From Minisyncoccota bacterium (GTDB lineage: Bacteria; Patescibacteriota; Minisyncoccia; Moranbacterales; GCA-2747515), in assembly GCA_937936355.1 (NCBI GenBank), contig CALDDM010000005.1, positions 10,336 through 74,335 on the forward strand: a stretch of DNA of 64,000 nt, written 5' to 3'. Under the pieces are notes generated by a model that did not search any database, was not told the DNA's origin, and worked only from the letters and a program-made list of their open reading frames with translations. Positions 51,973 to 61,765 of this stretch are shown here, piece after piece. The translations under genes and the position numbers were made by a program. Each line of letters starts with the position of its first letter. Within the stretch, counting starts at the first letter, position 1.

Positions 51973-53967
51973 CTACCAACCACCAGACGCGCCGCCGCCG
52001 CCGAAATTGCCGCCGCCGAAGTTATTTGTCGGCGGTGGACTTGATGGCTCACTACTGTAGTTGGATGCAGAGTATGCAGAAGAGCGCCTTGCGCGAGCTT
52101 TTTTCCTTTTATCTTTAGCTTTTTTTACTTCCTGCTTTGCCGCTTTTATGGAGTCTTTAGAGCTGGATATTACTTCGTCCAACTGATCTGCATATGTCGA
52201 CCAGTCAAACAACCCACCATCCTCGCCACCAGCAACTAATGAAGAGATAATAGCTAGATCTGCAGCAGTGCCGCTGACACTCAGCTTGTTCTCCTCACTA
52301 ACGTCACTGTTACGAACAGCACTACGAGCTTTCTGAACTGCAGACTCAGCCTCACGTAACTTCTGCGAGCAAGATCCGCGTGCTTTTTCAAATTCCTCGT
52401 ACACGCGGCTCAACTGCCTACGTAAGGACTGTATTTCATTCAAGTGTGCTCTCGCTTCTTCAACTGCTTTACGAGCATGCGCAAAATCCTGCACTTCCAT
52501 ACTCACCTTACTCTCAGCGATTTCCAACTTTCTCGCAACCAAGTCTTCGGCTTGTGACTTGAGTGATTCTAGCTTTTTTGAAAAGGACTGCCATACGCTT
52601 GGCACCGCATTTTCTTTTAAGTATCTTACCTTTCCCTGCAGATCAGGGTCGTGGTCAGCAATTGATTCGGTTGTCTCCCTCATCTCCTGTATTTCACGAT
52701 TGACATAGTCTCGATCTGCGGCTAAGCCATTGAGACTGTCAAGTAAATCACTTAATTCATTTGCAATGTGTTGCGCGGTTTGACCAATCTCATCACTTTC
52801 GTCCTCTACGTCACCCGTCAGACGTGTAGCAACCCCTTGCTGATTTGCAGCAACTACTCTAGTGCAGTCTTCAAATGAAGACTTCATACCTCCAAGATTA
52901 AACCCCTCAGCCATCAACTTCTCATAACGCATAGCCACTTCTTCAAGTAGATTTTGTGCCTCTTGGGATGCCTGACGGACATCACCCTGAAACTCTTCAA
53001 TCTGTTGGTCTGTAGAATCTAACTGATCAATGTACTGATCTGCCCTCTTTAGTTCATGTAAAGCCTGTGAAACGTCTTCATTTGACTGATCTGGATCGTT
53101 CGTGATCCCATCTTTAGCTTTACCGATCAAACTTTCAGCATTTTTGATGCTTTGATCAAGTTGACCTCTCCGAGCATCATAGCTTTCTCTGATCCACGTT
53201 GGCAAACCTTCTCTACCATTAATTTCAGCTACCTGCACCTTTCGGTCATTGAGTCGCTTTTCTGTTTTTTGAATTTCACTTGCGACCTTAATTCGCAAAC
53301 TCGCCTTTCTTTTTCTCTCAGCCTTTTTCTTGAAAAAAGATTTGATAGCAAAGAAAATTGCAGTAAGCAGAGCAATCAAGAAAGATACAAAACCCACACC
53401 TTTAACCATGTTCTTCCTTTTTTGTGACCTAGCTCGACTTTCCTCAGCTGCGCGAGTTTTAAATGCTCGCATTATACCCAACCGCTCCTGCTCACTTGCA
53501 TGACCAATACTGTCTGTCACATCTGCCAGCAGATTGTTGATACCTCGAGCGTAGTCCCGCTCTTTAAATGCTCCTGGCAAATGTTTCTCAAGCAGTTTTT
53601 TTGACTGAGAATCTGACAAGAAGAACTCAAGACCTTCGCCGACAGCTATTGCAAACCGTCTGTCAGCTAGAGCAATAGCAATAACAACACCATTATCTCT
53701 ATCTGCCTTGCCAACGCCCCATTCATTGCCCAGATTGGTTGCCCATCTGTGAATGTCTTGGCCATGTGTTGTTTGCACTGTGACTACGGCAATTTCGGCA
53801 GATGTCTGCACTTCATAATCGTGAAGTGTTCTTTCCATTAATAGCTCCTCCGCAGAACTCAACATCATTGCTGAGTCACTGACATAGCCATCTTGCTCGA
53901 GCCCGTAGGCTTTCGTTATTGCAAAGAAAATACACACAAAAAAAGTAAAGTGTCGAAATTTCTGCAT
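51973..53967 (-). CDS. TPM (DUF477) domain protein with TM and long coiled coil
   Basis: EIAVVTV, WGVG....DNGV and VG.GLE motifs; tail FGGGNFGGGGASGGW. Confidence 0.85.
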   Translation of the reverse strand: MQKFRHFTFFVCIFFAITKAYGLEQDGYVSDSAMMLSSAEELLMERTLHDYEVQTSAEIAVVTVQTTHGQDIHRWATNLGNEWGVGKADRDNGVVIAIALADRRFAIAVGEGLEFFLSDSQSKKLLEKHLPGAFKERDYARGINNLLADVTDSIGHASEQERLGIMRAFKTRAAEESRARSQKRKNMVKGVGFVSFLIALLTAIFFAIKSFFKKKAERKRKASLRIKVASEIQKTEKRLNDRKVQVAEINGREGLPTWIRESYDARRGQLDQSIKNAESLIGKAKDGITNDPDQSNEDVSQALHELKRADQYIDQLDSTDQQIEEFQGDVRQASQEAQNLLEEVAMRYEKLMAEGFNLGGMKSSFEDCTRVVAANQQGVATRLTGDVEDESDEIGQTAQHIANELSDLLDSLNGLAADRDYVNREIQEMRETTESIADHDPDLQGKVRYLKENAVPSVWQSFSKKLESLKSQAEDLVARKLEIAESKVSMEVQDFAHARKAVEEARAHLNEIQSLRRQLSRVYEEFEKARGSCSQKLREAESAVQKARSAVRNSDVSEENKLSVSGTAADLAIISSLVAGGEDGGLFDWSTYADQLDEVISSSKDSIKAAKQEVKKAKDKRKKARARRSSAYSASNYSSEPSSPPPTNNFGGGNFGGGGASGGW

Positions 53968-54043
53968 TAAGAATGCTCCTGTTGGTTTTTATTAAAGTAC
54001 TCTTAGCTCTTGTCTGAGCTGGTACAACGATATGTCAAAATTT

Positions 54044-54072
54044 ATTATATACTAAAATTAATTTAATGTCAA
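54044..54072 (-). promoter_or_regulatory. perfect consensus sigma70 promoter
   Basis: TTGACA-17 nt-TATAAT. Confidence 0.8.
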
Positions 54073-54194
54073 TTTCTCTTACTCTTTCTACATTTCCACA
54101 TTATATATACACGCAAATCATTTTTATATATTTGACATTCTTTTCTGCTATGGTATCTTGTGACAGTTCACATATCATACACAGTGAGAGCGTT

Positions 54195-54770
54195 ATGCCT
54201 TCTTTAAGAATCAAAGAAATTGCTCGTTGTTTATCTGCAACTCAGCGATTGACGTTTTCGGGACTGCTGCTCGGCTACTCCTACGAAAACATTGCGCTAC
54301 TTCGTGAGCGAAGCATTGGCACGATAAAAATCCACACTCGCGTTATCAGAGAGCATCTTCCTTCCCTAGATGGATCTGATGATCCAATAAGACTCAAAGA
54401 TGTACCCTCTCGGATTCAATCATTACATACAGCGTCCAACAAAAATCTTGTCCCGCTGATCATGATAGAGGATCGTATTCCTTCTGTGTTACGAGGAATT
54501 TCAACACACGGCCACATCGATGATAAAATGCATTCTCATGCAGCATGTCAGACATTATTGGAAATTGCTCAAGGTAAAACAGAACAAGAAATTCTTACAC
54601 ATCTTCAAAATGACACTGAACTTAGTGTTGTGGGGTACGCCTTTGAGAAAAGGCATGTTCTTGAGTATATGCTTGCCATTGCACTTATACTCTACAGCGA
54701 AGGCTGTACTGATGTCTCACTTAATCAGCTCAGACAGCACATTTACATGGACCCTCGTCAAGACAGCTAA
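54195..54770 (+). CDS. LuxR-type helix-turn-helix protein
   Basis: LS..Q......LL.GYSYENIA.....SIGTIKIH...I...L matches the LuxR HTH pattern; start at ATG 54195. Confidence 0.6.
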   Translation: MPSLRIKEIARCLSATQRLTFSGLLLGYSYENIALLRERSIGTIKIHTRVIREHLPSLDGSDDPIRLKDVPSRIQSLHTASNKNLVPLIMIEDRIPSVLRGISTHGHIDDKMHSHAACQTLLEIAQGKTEQEILTHLQNDTELSVVGYAFEKRHVLEYMLAIALILYSEGCTDVSLNQLRQHIYMDPRQDS

Positions 54771-54890
54771 AACAAGCTCACCAAAAATACAACGCACCAT
54801 GCAAGGCATGGTGCGTCTTTTTATTTACTACACAATAAGGTAAAAATGAAAGAGCCACATAGAGGCGCTCCTCCATGTGGCTCATAGCTA

Positions 54891-55250
54891 TCAAAATAGG
54901 TATGAGAACATACCTTTTACGTTTTTTTCTGTTTCGCATGTCCCGTCACATGCTCCGATAATGTTTTCATATAAGTGTCGGCCACCGATTGGCTGCACAG
55001 TACCGTCAACCACCTCGTTCCAGACTGTTACCATACTTTCTGCATGATGGATGCCATCACAGCCGTAGAGCGTCTCAGCTCTACTGCCATCGCCCCCAAT
55101 CTCTCCCATCTCTATCTTGTACGCTTCAAAGCTTCTGTATGTCAGCCCGAGAGAGCTGGCCAAAGAATCGTTTGCTGCGCGCGTTGCATCGATCGCGTCA
55201 TGATCTGCATCAAGATTTGCGTACTCTGCAGCCTCATTTGTACCTGACAT
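54891..55250 (-). CDS. orphan acidic protein
   Basis: GGAG SD; promoter TTGACA-17-TATATT; terminator hairpin near 54852-54883. Confidence 0.7.
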   Translation of the reverse strand: MSGTNEAAEYANLDADHDAIDATRAANDSLASSLGLTYRSFEAYKIEMGEIGGDGSRAETLYGCDGIHHAESMVTVWNEVVDGTVQPIGGRHLYENIIGACDGTCETEKNVKGMFSYLF

Positions 55251-55406
55251 TCAGTATCTCCGTTCTTGTTCTAAGGAAAAAAACACCATACCAATATAAC
55301 ATTTTTTGTATTATTTGTCAATATTATGTTGACAATAAAATTGTGTTGTTGTAGCCTTTGTATATCTTGACGACTCCCGTCAGGCACAAACAGACAGAGG
55401 CTCATA

Positions 55407-55772
55407 ATGGCTGATGTAAGTATAGAAAGCGTCGTAGAAAATATACTTGAGAAATTACTCAATGATGATCTCAGTGTGGCAGAGATTGCACCTGACCTCA
55501 CAGATCTCATATTTCTTTCAAAGAGGTGTAGTGCAGATCTTGATATGGCAAAAAATGAGCTCGAAGAGGCTCTTAAGGAAAAAGCTCATGCAGAGTCACT
55601 AGCTGCAGATCTACGCAGTAGCATTGATCACCTTAAAAATAACAAGCTGGATTCTGAAATACAACTTCGCGCGTTGCATGATTTAGTCCAATCTGCGCGG
55701 AAAAAAACTCGAATTAACAAGGGTGACCTTAATGATATAAGTGTCATCACAGCTTCTCTGACCTCGCAGTAG
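55407..55772 (+). CDS. orphan coiled-coil protein
   Basis: 121-aa ORF; GAGG SD; downstream hairpin. Confidence 0.6.
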   Translation: MADVSIESVVENILEKLLNDDLSVAEIAPDLTDLIFLSKRCSADLDMAKNELEEALKEKAHAESLAADLRSSIDHLKNNKLDSEIQLRALHDLVQSARKKTRINKGDLNDISVITASLTSQ

Positions 55773-56041
55773 TGAGAAAACTCACTTAAGTCTATCGATC
55801 ATACATCTCACGATCCCGCCCCTTATTATGGAGGCGGGTTTTTTATACTCACCCATGCTTACACCTGGAGATCAGGCGTTTTTTATACAATTACCAAGAT
55901 GGTATGTCGAGTCTTGATTTGGTTATGTCTAGATAGAATTCCAGTCGGAGTTTCATGTTAGAGGGCTGATAATACATGAGCTCTACTCGAGTGACCCATT
56001 GCATAAATTACCGGAGGAGCGACTGCTACCAATAGCTTTTA

Positions 56042-56066
56042 TTGTGTTCTTGGTAGGAGTCGAACC
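56042..56066 (-). repeat. duplicate of the tRNA-Arg(GCG) 3' end
   Basis: TTGTGTTCTTGGTAGGAGTCGAACC, identical to 56145..56169. Confidence 0.9.
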
Positions 56067-56147
56067 GCAGTTTATACTCGTAAGCGCTAGCATTGGGTGA
56101 CCTTTTGACTAATAGCCGGAGGTGCGACTACTCCCGATGTCTTGTTG

Positions 56148-56220
56148 TGTTCTTGGTAGGAGTCGAACCTACGACCTTTTGGACCGCAACCAAACGCTCT
56201 ATCCACTGAGCTACAAGAAC
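56148..56220 (-). tRNA. tRNA-Arg(GCG)
   Basis: Acceptor GTTCTTG/CAAGAAC; anticodon arm TTTGG-TTGCGGT-CCAAA; T arm GTAGG-TTCGACT-CCTAC. Confidence 0.93.
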
Positions 56221-56321
56221 ATATTGTGTTATGACAAATGATGGAAATCAAAACCATCAGATAATAAAGATCAGTATACAGGACCCATAATCTCGCGTCA
56301 ATGCTCATTTTGTATCCATCC

Positions 56322-56936
56322 CTAAATCTTGAGAAGGCGTTCCATCGTATCGACAAAAGTACGTTCTTGTCGCTTCTCTGGCATATACTCAAGTAGCGCC
56401 TCACGCACATCTACAGGGTCTAGCTCATGCAGTGGTACGTGTACATATGGGAAGAGATGCCCTTCGACATTTAGGCTGATGATACGTGTATGTGGCGGCT
56501 CGTAGAAAATCCAAAACGACTCAATTTCATCGTAGTAATACAGCTGATCACCAACAACAAAACCATCTTCGGTAATCGCATAGTCCAAAACACGTGGCGG
56601 CATGATGATATAAAGAAAACCAACTGCTCCTATAACAAGGAAAAGAATCGCAACGATATGACTGTTTGTCCATACAGAAAAAAGCACCATTCCAATGATA
56701 AAAGCGACTGAAATAAAATACCACCTTTTACTTTTGGGCAATACCTCGTACTCTGGACCTTGCCAGTACGCCACAACGCTCTCTGGGTTTTCTGCGATAT
56801 AAGAACTTCCCTCATATTGAAAATCAAATGACTGCTCTCCATACTCGTCGATCTCAATACCATCTTCAAGCTCGCGCTCCATGGTAGATCGTACACTGTC
56901 ATCTGTCGCTATTTTTTTGCCTGATCGTATATTCAT
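56322..56936 (-). CDS. two-TM protein with PH-like C-terminal domain (DUF5673-like)
   Basis: W..PEY..K..WY, TM hairpin and Y.Y.EI.SFWI.Y; start at ATG 56936. Confidence 0.7.
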   Translation of the reverse strand: MNIRSGKKIATDDSVRSTMERELEDGIEIDEYGEQSFDFQYEGSSYIAENPESVVAYWQGPEYEVLPKSKRWYFISVAFIIGMVLFSVWTNSHIVAILFLVIGAVGFLYIIMPPRVLDYAITEDGFVVGDQLYYYDEIESFWIFYEPPHTRIISLNVEGHLFPYVHVPLHELDPVDVREALLEYMPEKRQERTFVDTMERLLKI

Positions 56937-57002
56937 GTATTTATTATACCTTATATTTACAATCACTCAATCACATGATATGATTGATCGTACAATTTGT
57001 AC

Positions 57003-57092
57003 GGAAGCGTGGCTGAGTGGTCGAAGGCGCCGGTCTTGAAAACCGTAGTCCCTTCACGGGGACCGAGGGTTCGAATCCCTCCGCTTCCTCCA
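57003..57092 (+). tRNA. tRNA-Ser(UGA)
   Basis: Acceptor GGAAGCG/CGCTTCC; loop CTTGAAA; long variable arm GTCCC..GGGAC; T arm GAGGG-TTCGAAT-CCCTC; encoded CCA. Confidence 0.93.
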
Positions 57093-57153
57093 AGATAATA
57101 AAAAGCAGAGCAACGTGCTCTGTTTTTTATTATCTTGGAGGTGGGATTCGAAC
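57087..57153. repeat. long inverted repeat overlapping the tRNA-Ser 3' end
   Basis: 26-bp stem 57087-57112 / 57116-57141, plus GGGATTCGAAC complementary to the T arm. Confidence 0.85.
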
Positions 57154-57360
57154 TGTGAAATTGGTTGGGAAAACGACAATTTTTTCTTGGAGAGGATTTG
57201 TGGGACCGTTGGTTTTGCAGAAGCGTTAGCGACGTGCCCTCTCCTACTTACTCTAACAAAATACCCTCGAGGGGTGTTTTTTGTATATTCCTAGGCACCG
57301 TGGATGCCATCACGTAGGCCGTGAAAAAATATCATTTAAAGAGCATGCTAAAATACTTAC

Positions 57361-57792
57361 ATGAAAACCATTGATTTTTATGATAATGAATACTACATGC
57401 TTAGCGCTTTTTCTGCGCACCGCGTAGAAATTTGGGATCATACCTTCCCCACTGCGGAACATGCATTTCATTGGAAAAAATTTGAAACTGCCAATCCGGA
57501 AATTGCGCTAGCAATACTCAACGCACCTAGTCCATTTGCAGCCAAAGTCATCGCTAAAGACAATAAACCCTATCGGCGTACAGATTGGTCCGGGGTCAAA
57601 GTGAGCTACATGGAAGAAATCTCCCGTGTAAAATGTCAACAACATACAGATGTCTCAGATGCTCTAACACAATCAGAAGATAGCAAGCTTGTAGAAGATG
57701 CGCCTCATGACTCATTCTGGGGCACAGGCGCAGATGGATCTGGCTCAAATCATATCGGAGAAATATGGATGCGTATTCGTAGCGATCGTTAG
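57361..57792 (+). CDS. NADAR (YbiA/DUF1768) family protein
   Basis: LS.F, FPTAEH.F...KF, DW..VK..M, E....DSFWG.G..G.G.N..G...M..R motifs. Confidence 0.9.
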   Translation: MKTIDFYDNEYYMLSAFSAHRVEIWDHTFPTAEHAFHWKKFETANPEIALAILNAPSPFAAKVIAKDNKPYRRTDWSGVKVSYMEEISRVKCQQHTDVSDALTQSEDSKLVEDAPHDSFWGTGADGSGSNHIGEIWMRIRSDR

Positions 57793-57933
57793 AGAGTTTT
57801 TTTACTACATTGCTTGCTTATATGCCTTGTTAGCTATAAGGCACTTTACAAGAGTTCTCACTTATGCTATTGTATTTTCGTACACAAAGCTGTATTTTTT
57901 TACTCACCAACATTAATATAACGGGAATTGTAA

Positions 57934-58245
57934 GTGCATCTAAATGGTAAGAAAGTATCACGAGCAAGTAGATTCACCGCTATACATGCGGTCATTCTAC
58001 CAAAAACAAGAACGAAGCAAACGGAGACAAGAGTTCGAGAAGACATTCAACGTGCCCTTGATGATCATGCGGCAGGTAGAAATAATAGCGACCTCACGCT
58101 GAACATCAAAAAAATTCATCCACGCAGATTTGAGCTAAGCCTCTTTGGAAACGGAATCACGACCGCCCAAGTTGACGTGATTGAAGAGATGATCTTAGCG
58201 AAAACATGGGACTTTGCTGTTCGTGATGGACAGATTGTAGAGTAA
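57934..58245 (+). CDS. hypothetical protein
   Basis: 103-aa ORF with GTG start and downstream hairpins. Confidence 0.55.
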   Translation: MHLNGKKVSRASRFTAIHAVILPKTRTKQTETRVREDIQRALDDHAAGRNNSDLTLNIKKIHPRRFELSLFGNGITTAQVDVIEEMILAKTWDFAVRDGQIVE

Positions 58246-58356
58246 AAATTTGTAGATTGTAGCTACATCAATACAAAAAGGCCCCGACAGTGATCGAGGC
58301 CTTTTTCTTTTGTGTAAAATTTGTCGTATACTACAACTAGATAGAGAAAAACCTTT

Positions 58357-60474
58357 ATGATAACTCTTGAAACCCTTTTGACTGACATCCCACGCATTCA
58401 GGCAAAGTACCACCCCAAGCTAGAAAAACTCAAACTCCGCACCGTTGGAGATCTTTTGCGTCACTTCCCTTCGCGTTATGATGACCTTGCTGAAACTATT
58501 CCTATTATTTCTGTCCGTGGTGATCGGTCCTGCACTATCATGGGCACTGTGGAAAAGGTCGCTAGCAAAACGATTCCTGGTAAACGCCTCACCATCACGA
58601 CAGCAACATTTTCTGATGATTCTGCGACGATCCGCGCGACGTGGTTTAATCAAAAATTCCTGGAGAAAAATCTTGTCGTTGGCAAGCAATTTCGTGTTAG
58701 TGGACGTACCAAAGTCGATAAATCTGGTGTTTTTTTCAGTGCGCCAGACATCGAGAATGCAACGAGTGACCCACGCTCCACAGGTCGTATCGTCCCGATT
58801 TATCCAGAGACTGCAGGCATTACATCCAAATGGCTTCGGTGGCAGATCAAGCTCGTCCTTGATTCTGATATAATATTGCCCGATATTCTCACTGGCGCCA
58901 CAGCCCAGAAATATGACTTCCCCACGCCACATGATGCCATGCGCGCAATCCATTTCCCTGACAATCCAGATCACCTTGAGAATGCGCAACGGCGCTTTGC
59001 CTTTGAAGACCTCTTCCTCCTCCAGGTCTACGCACTTACCTCTCAGGCCAAGCACACGGCGCAGTCAGCACATACCATCCCCTTTGACCAGCAGCTCATC
59101 ACACAATTTGTTGCAAACCTTCCCTTTGATTTGACCGATGCCCAGAGGAAAGCGAGCTTTCAAATTCTCAAAGACCTCGAAAAACCACGTCCTATGAATC
59201 GACTCCTCAATGGTGACGTTGGCGCAGGTAAGACACTTGTTGCCACCATCGCAGCTCTCCAAGTGGCTCATGATGCCTCGGCAAACAAAGAGGATCAGAA
59301 GAAGCAAGTTGCGCTCCTTGCGCCGACAGAGGTTCTTGCCTGCCAACATTTCTTTACATTTCTACGGGATCTTGAGGATTATGATTGCAACATCGCACTT
59401 CTCACTGGTGCATACAAAATCTATGGCACCTGTGAGCAGCTCGCACAAACTACAACGAAGACTAAGCTCCTCGAAAAAATTGCAGACGGATCAATTGATA
59501 TCATCATTGGGACGCATGCCCTCATTCAGGATACCGTCTCCTACAAGGATTTAGCTTTGGTGATTGTCGATGAACAGCAGCGCTTTGGTGTTGGCCAGCG
59601 GAGTGCACTGATCGACATGGCGCATGGAGCAAAAGATCACACAGTTCACGTCCCACATTTTCTTACGATGACAGCCACACCGATTCCCCGAACATTTGCC
59701 CTGGCAATCTTTGGTGACCTGAGCGTGTCTCTGCTTGATGAAAAACCCGCCAACCGCAAAGACATCAAAACAGCGATTGTCACGCCAAGTAAGCAAAAAA
59801 ATATCTATACCTTTATATCCGAGGAGCTGACAGCAGGCAGACAAGGTTATGTCATCCTACCGCTTGTCGAGAAAAGTGATGTTGGAACCATGGCACACGT
59901 CAAAGCAGCAAAGGAAGAACAAGAACGTTTACAAAAAGATGTCTTTCCTGACTACACAGTTGGACTCCTTCATGGCAAGATGAAGTCCGCCGAAAAAGAA
60001 AGGGTCATGAAAGAATTCAAAGAGCATAAAATCGATCTCTTGGTTGCAACGTCTGTTGTTGAAGTTGGTGTAGACGTACCAAATGCAACTGTCATGATTA
60101 TAGAAAATGCTGAGCGATTTGGCCTGTCACAGCTCCACCAGTTTCGTGGACGTATTGGACGTAGTGACCTCCAGTCATACTGCTTCCTCTTTACGGCAAA
60201 TCACCACAATGCGAGACTCAAAGCACTTGAGAAACACAATGACGGATTTGCCCTTGCTGAAATTGATCTTGACCTCAGGGGTCCAGGCGAGTTTATCGGT
60301 CGTAGACAAAGCGGGCTGCCAGATGGTGCCATGAAAAATATTGCAAATATTGCACTTGTCACACAGACGCGCGAAGCAGCACGTCACATGCTTATCACAG
60401 ACCCAGGCCTCAAGAATAATCCAGACCTCCGTGGGGCACTTATGCACTTCCGTACACGCATACACATGGAGTAA
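58357..60474 (+). CDS. recG: ATP-dependent DNA helicase RecG
   Basis: GDVGAGKT, DEQQRFG, TATPIPR, HG.M and QLHQFRGRIGR motifs; N-terminal wedge domain. Confidence 0.95.
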   Translation: MITLETLLTDIPRIQAKYHPKLEKLKLRTVGDLLRHFPSRYDDLAETIPIISVRGDRSCTIMGTVEKVASKTIPGKRLTITTATFSDDSATIRATWFNQKFLEKNLVVGKQFRVSGRTKVDKSGVFFSAPDIENATSDPRSTGRIVPIYPETAGITSKWLRWQIKLVLDSDIILPDILTGATAQKYDFPTPHDAMRAIHFPDNPDHLENAQRRFAFEDLFLLQVYALTSQAKHTAQSAHTIPFDQQLITQFVANLPFDLTDAQRKASFQILKDLEKPRPMNRLLNGDVGAGKTLVATIAALQVAHDASANKEDQKKQVALLAPTEVLACQHFFTFLRDLEDYDCNIALLTGAYKIYGTCEQLAQTTTKTKLLEKIADGSIDIIIGTHALIQDTVSYKDLALVIVDEQQRFGVGQRSALIDMAHGAKDHTVHVPHFLTMTATPIPRTFALAIFGDLSVSLLDEKPANRKDIKTAIVTPSKQKNIYTFISEELTAGRQGYVILPLVEKSDVGTMAHVKAAKEEQERLQKDVFPDYTVGLLHGKMKSAEKERVMKEFKEHKIDLLVATSVVEVGVDVPNATVMIIENAERFGLSQLHQFRGRIGRSDLQSYCFLFTANHHNARLKALEKHNDGFALAEIDLDLRGPGEFIGRRQSGLPDGAMKNIANIALVTQTREAARHMLITDPGLKNNPDLRGALMHFRTRIHME

Positions 60475-60498
60475 AGGCTGTGTAGAATGAAATCAAGG

Positions 60499-61650
60499 CT
60501 AGGCTTGTGCCAAAACATCCTCATAGACGCCGATCAGCTTCTGCGTGCAGGCAGCCACTGTAAAGTGGTCATGCGCGCGCGCAGACGCAGCACCTCTGAG
60601 CAGTGTGCGGTATTCATCGTCGTAGACAATCTTTTCTAGCGCGTATACAAAATCACTCCAATTCTCTTTGACCAGGATGCCACTTACGCCGTCCTCTACG
60701 ACATCTCGCACACCACTACTACGTACAGCGACAATTGGCACACCGCTATACATTGCCTCTGTCACAATTGTGCCCTGTGTTTCTGTTGTTGATGCATACA
60801 CAAAAACATCTGATGCAGCGAGGTAGTTTTTTACACTAGATCTCGATAGCTCTCCTGTAAAGATGACGCGGTGCATCAGATCCCCCTCATCAAAGAGCGC
60901 CTCCATGTCATTGCGCAAATCACCATCACCACAGATGAGAAAATATACGTCATCATGTGCACGCAGAAATCGCCGTACAGACCGCGCTAAAAATAAGACG
61001 TTCTTCTCTTGTGTGAGACGCGACACCGTTACCAGTAAACGAACACCCGCAGGGATGTTGTAGTATGTGCGAATCTGCTCGGGATCTGGGTCACGAAACA
61101 AATCCTCATCAACGCCAGATGGCACAATACTAATCTTTTGCTCATCCATGTCACCCCTATAAAGATCCGCAGCTGATTGCGTAGGAAAAATGATATGATC
61201 AGCGAGCGTCGCAAAGCTCTGTGCGTTATGCATGATCCACCTCGAAGCAATATTTTGTGGGATCAAGCTTGCATAGTGCGTGTAATGATCGTATCGAGAG
61301 TGCCACGTAAAGATCAGGGGCACTTTTTTCTTTTGGGCCCACCTGCGCGCTTGACCACCAAGAATATTTGGATGTTGCGTGTGGATCAGATCAAATGATT
61401 TTTCCTCTATAATCTTATCAATCTCAGGTGCGTACGGAAGAGCCAGAGAAAACGGCACCTTTGTCGGCACAGCAATTGATGGGTATCGATAGACACCTGG
61501 ACTCGCACACTCTTCGTCTTGTGGCCAATGCGGCGCAAATACGCTCACCTCGTGGCCCGCTGATTGCAAGCCACGATAAAAACCATCCACCGAGGTACTG
61601 ACACCGTACGGATTTGGGAGGTAATTATTCGTAAAAATTCCTATCTTCAT
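60499..61650 (-). CDS. GT4 glycosyltransferase (DAG glucosyltransferase-like)
   Basis: MKIGIFT..Y.P...GV, SRL..EKN and S.TETQG....EAM motifs; start at ATG 61650. Confidence 0.9.
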   Translation of the reverse strand: MKIGIFTNNYLPNPYGVSTSVDGFYRGLQSAGHEVSVFAPHWPQDEECASPGVYRYPSIAVPTKVPFSLALPYAPEIDKIIEEKSFDLIHTQHPNILGGQARRWAQKKKVPLIFTWHSRYDHYTHYASLIPQNIASRWIMHNAQSFATLADHIIFPTQSAADLYRGDMDEQKISIVPSGVDEDLFRDPDPEQIRTYYNIPAGVRLLVTVSRLTQEKNVLFLARSVRRFLRAHDDVYFLICGDGDLRNDMEALFDEGDLMHRVIFTGELSRSSVKNYLAASDVFVYASTTETQGTIVTEAMYSGVPIVAVRSSGVRDVVEDGVSGILVKENWSDFVYALEKIVYDDEYRTLLRGAASARAHDHFTVAACTQKLIGVYEDVLAQA

Positions 61651-61765
61651 AAAGAGATCATAGACAGCAGCATGAACTATACATAGAACCATTGTACAAA
61701 CATCGCCACACATAAGCAAACTAAAAAAAGACCCTGGCGAATACATCGCCAGAGTCATAACTTTT

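Noticed and set aside
47966..56220. Prophage or integrative element at tRNA-Arg(GCG)
   Set aside because: No integrase, phage or conjugation genes, and no distant att copy was found by eye.
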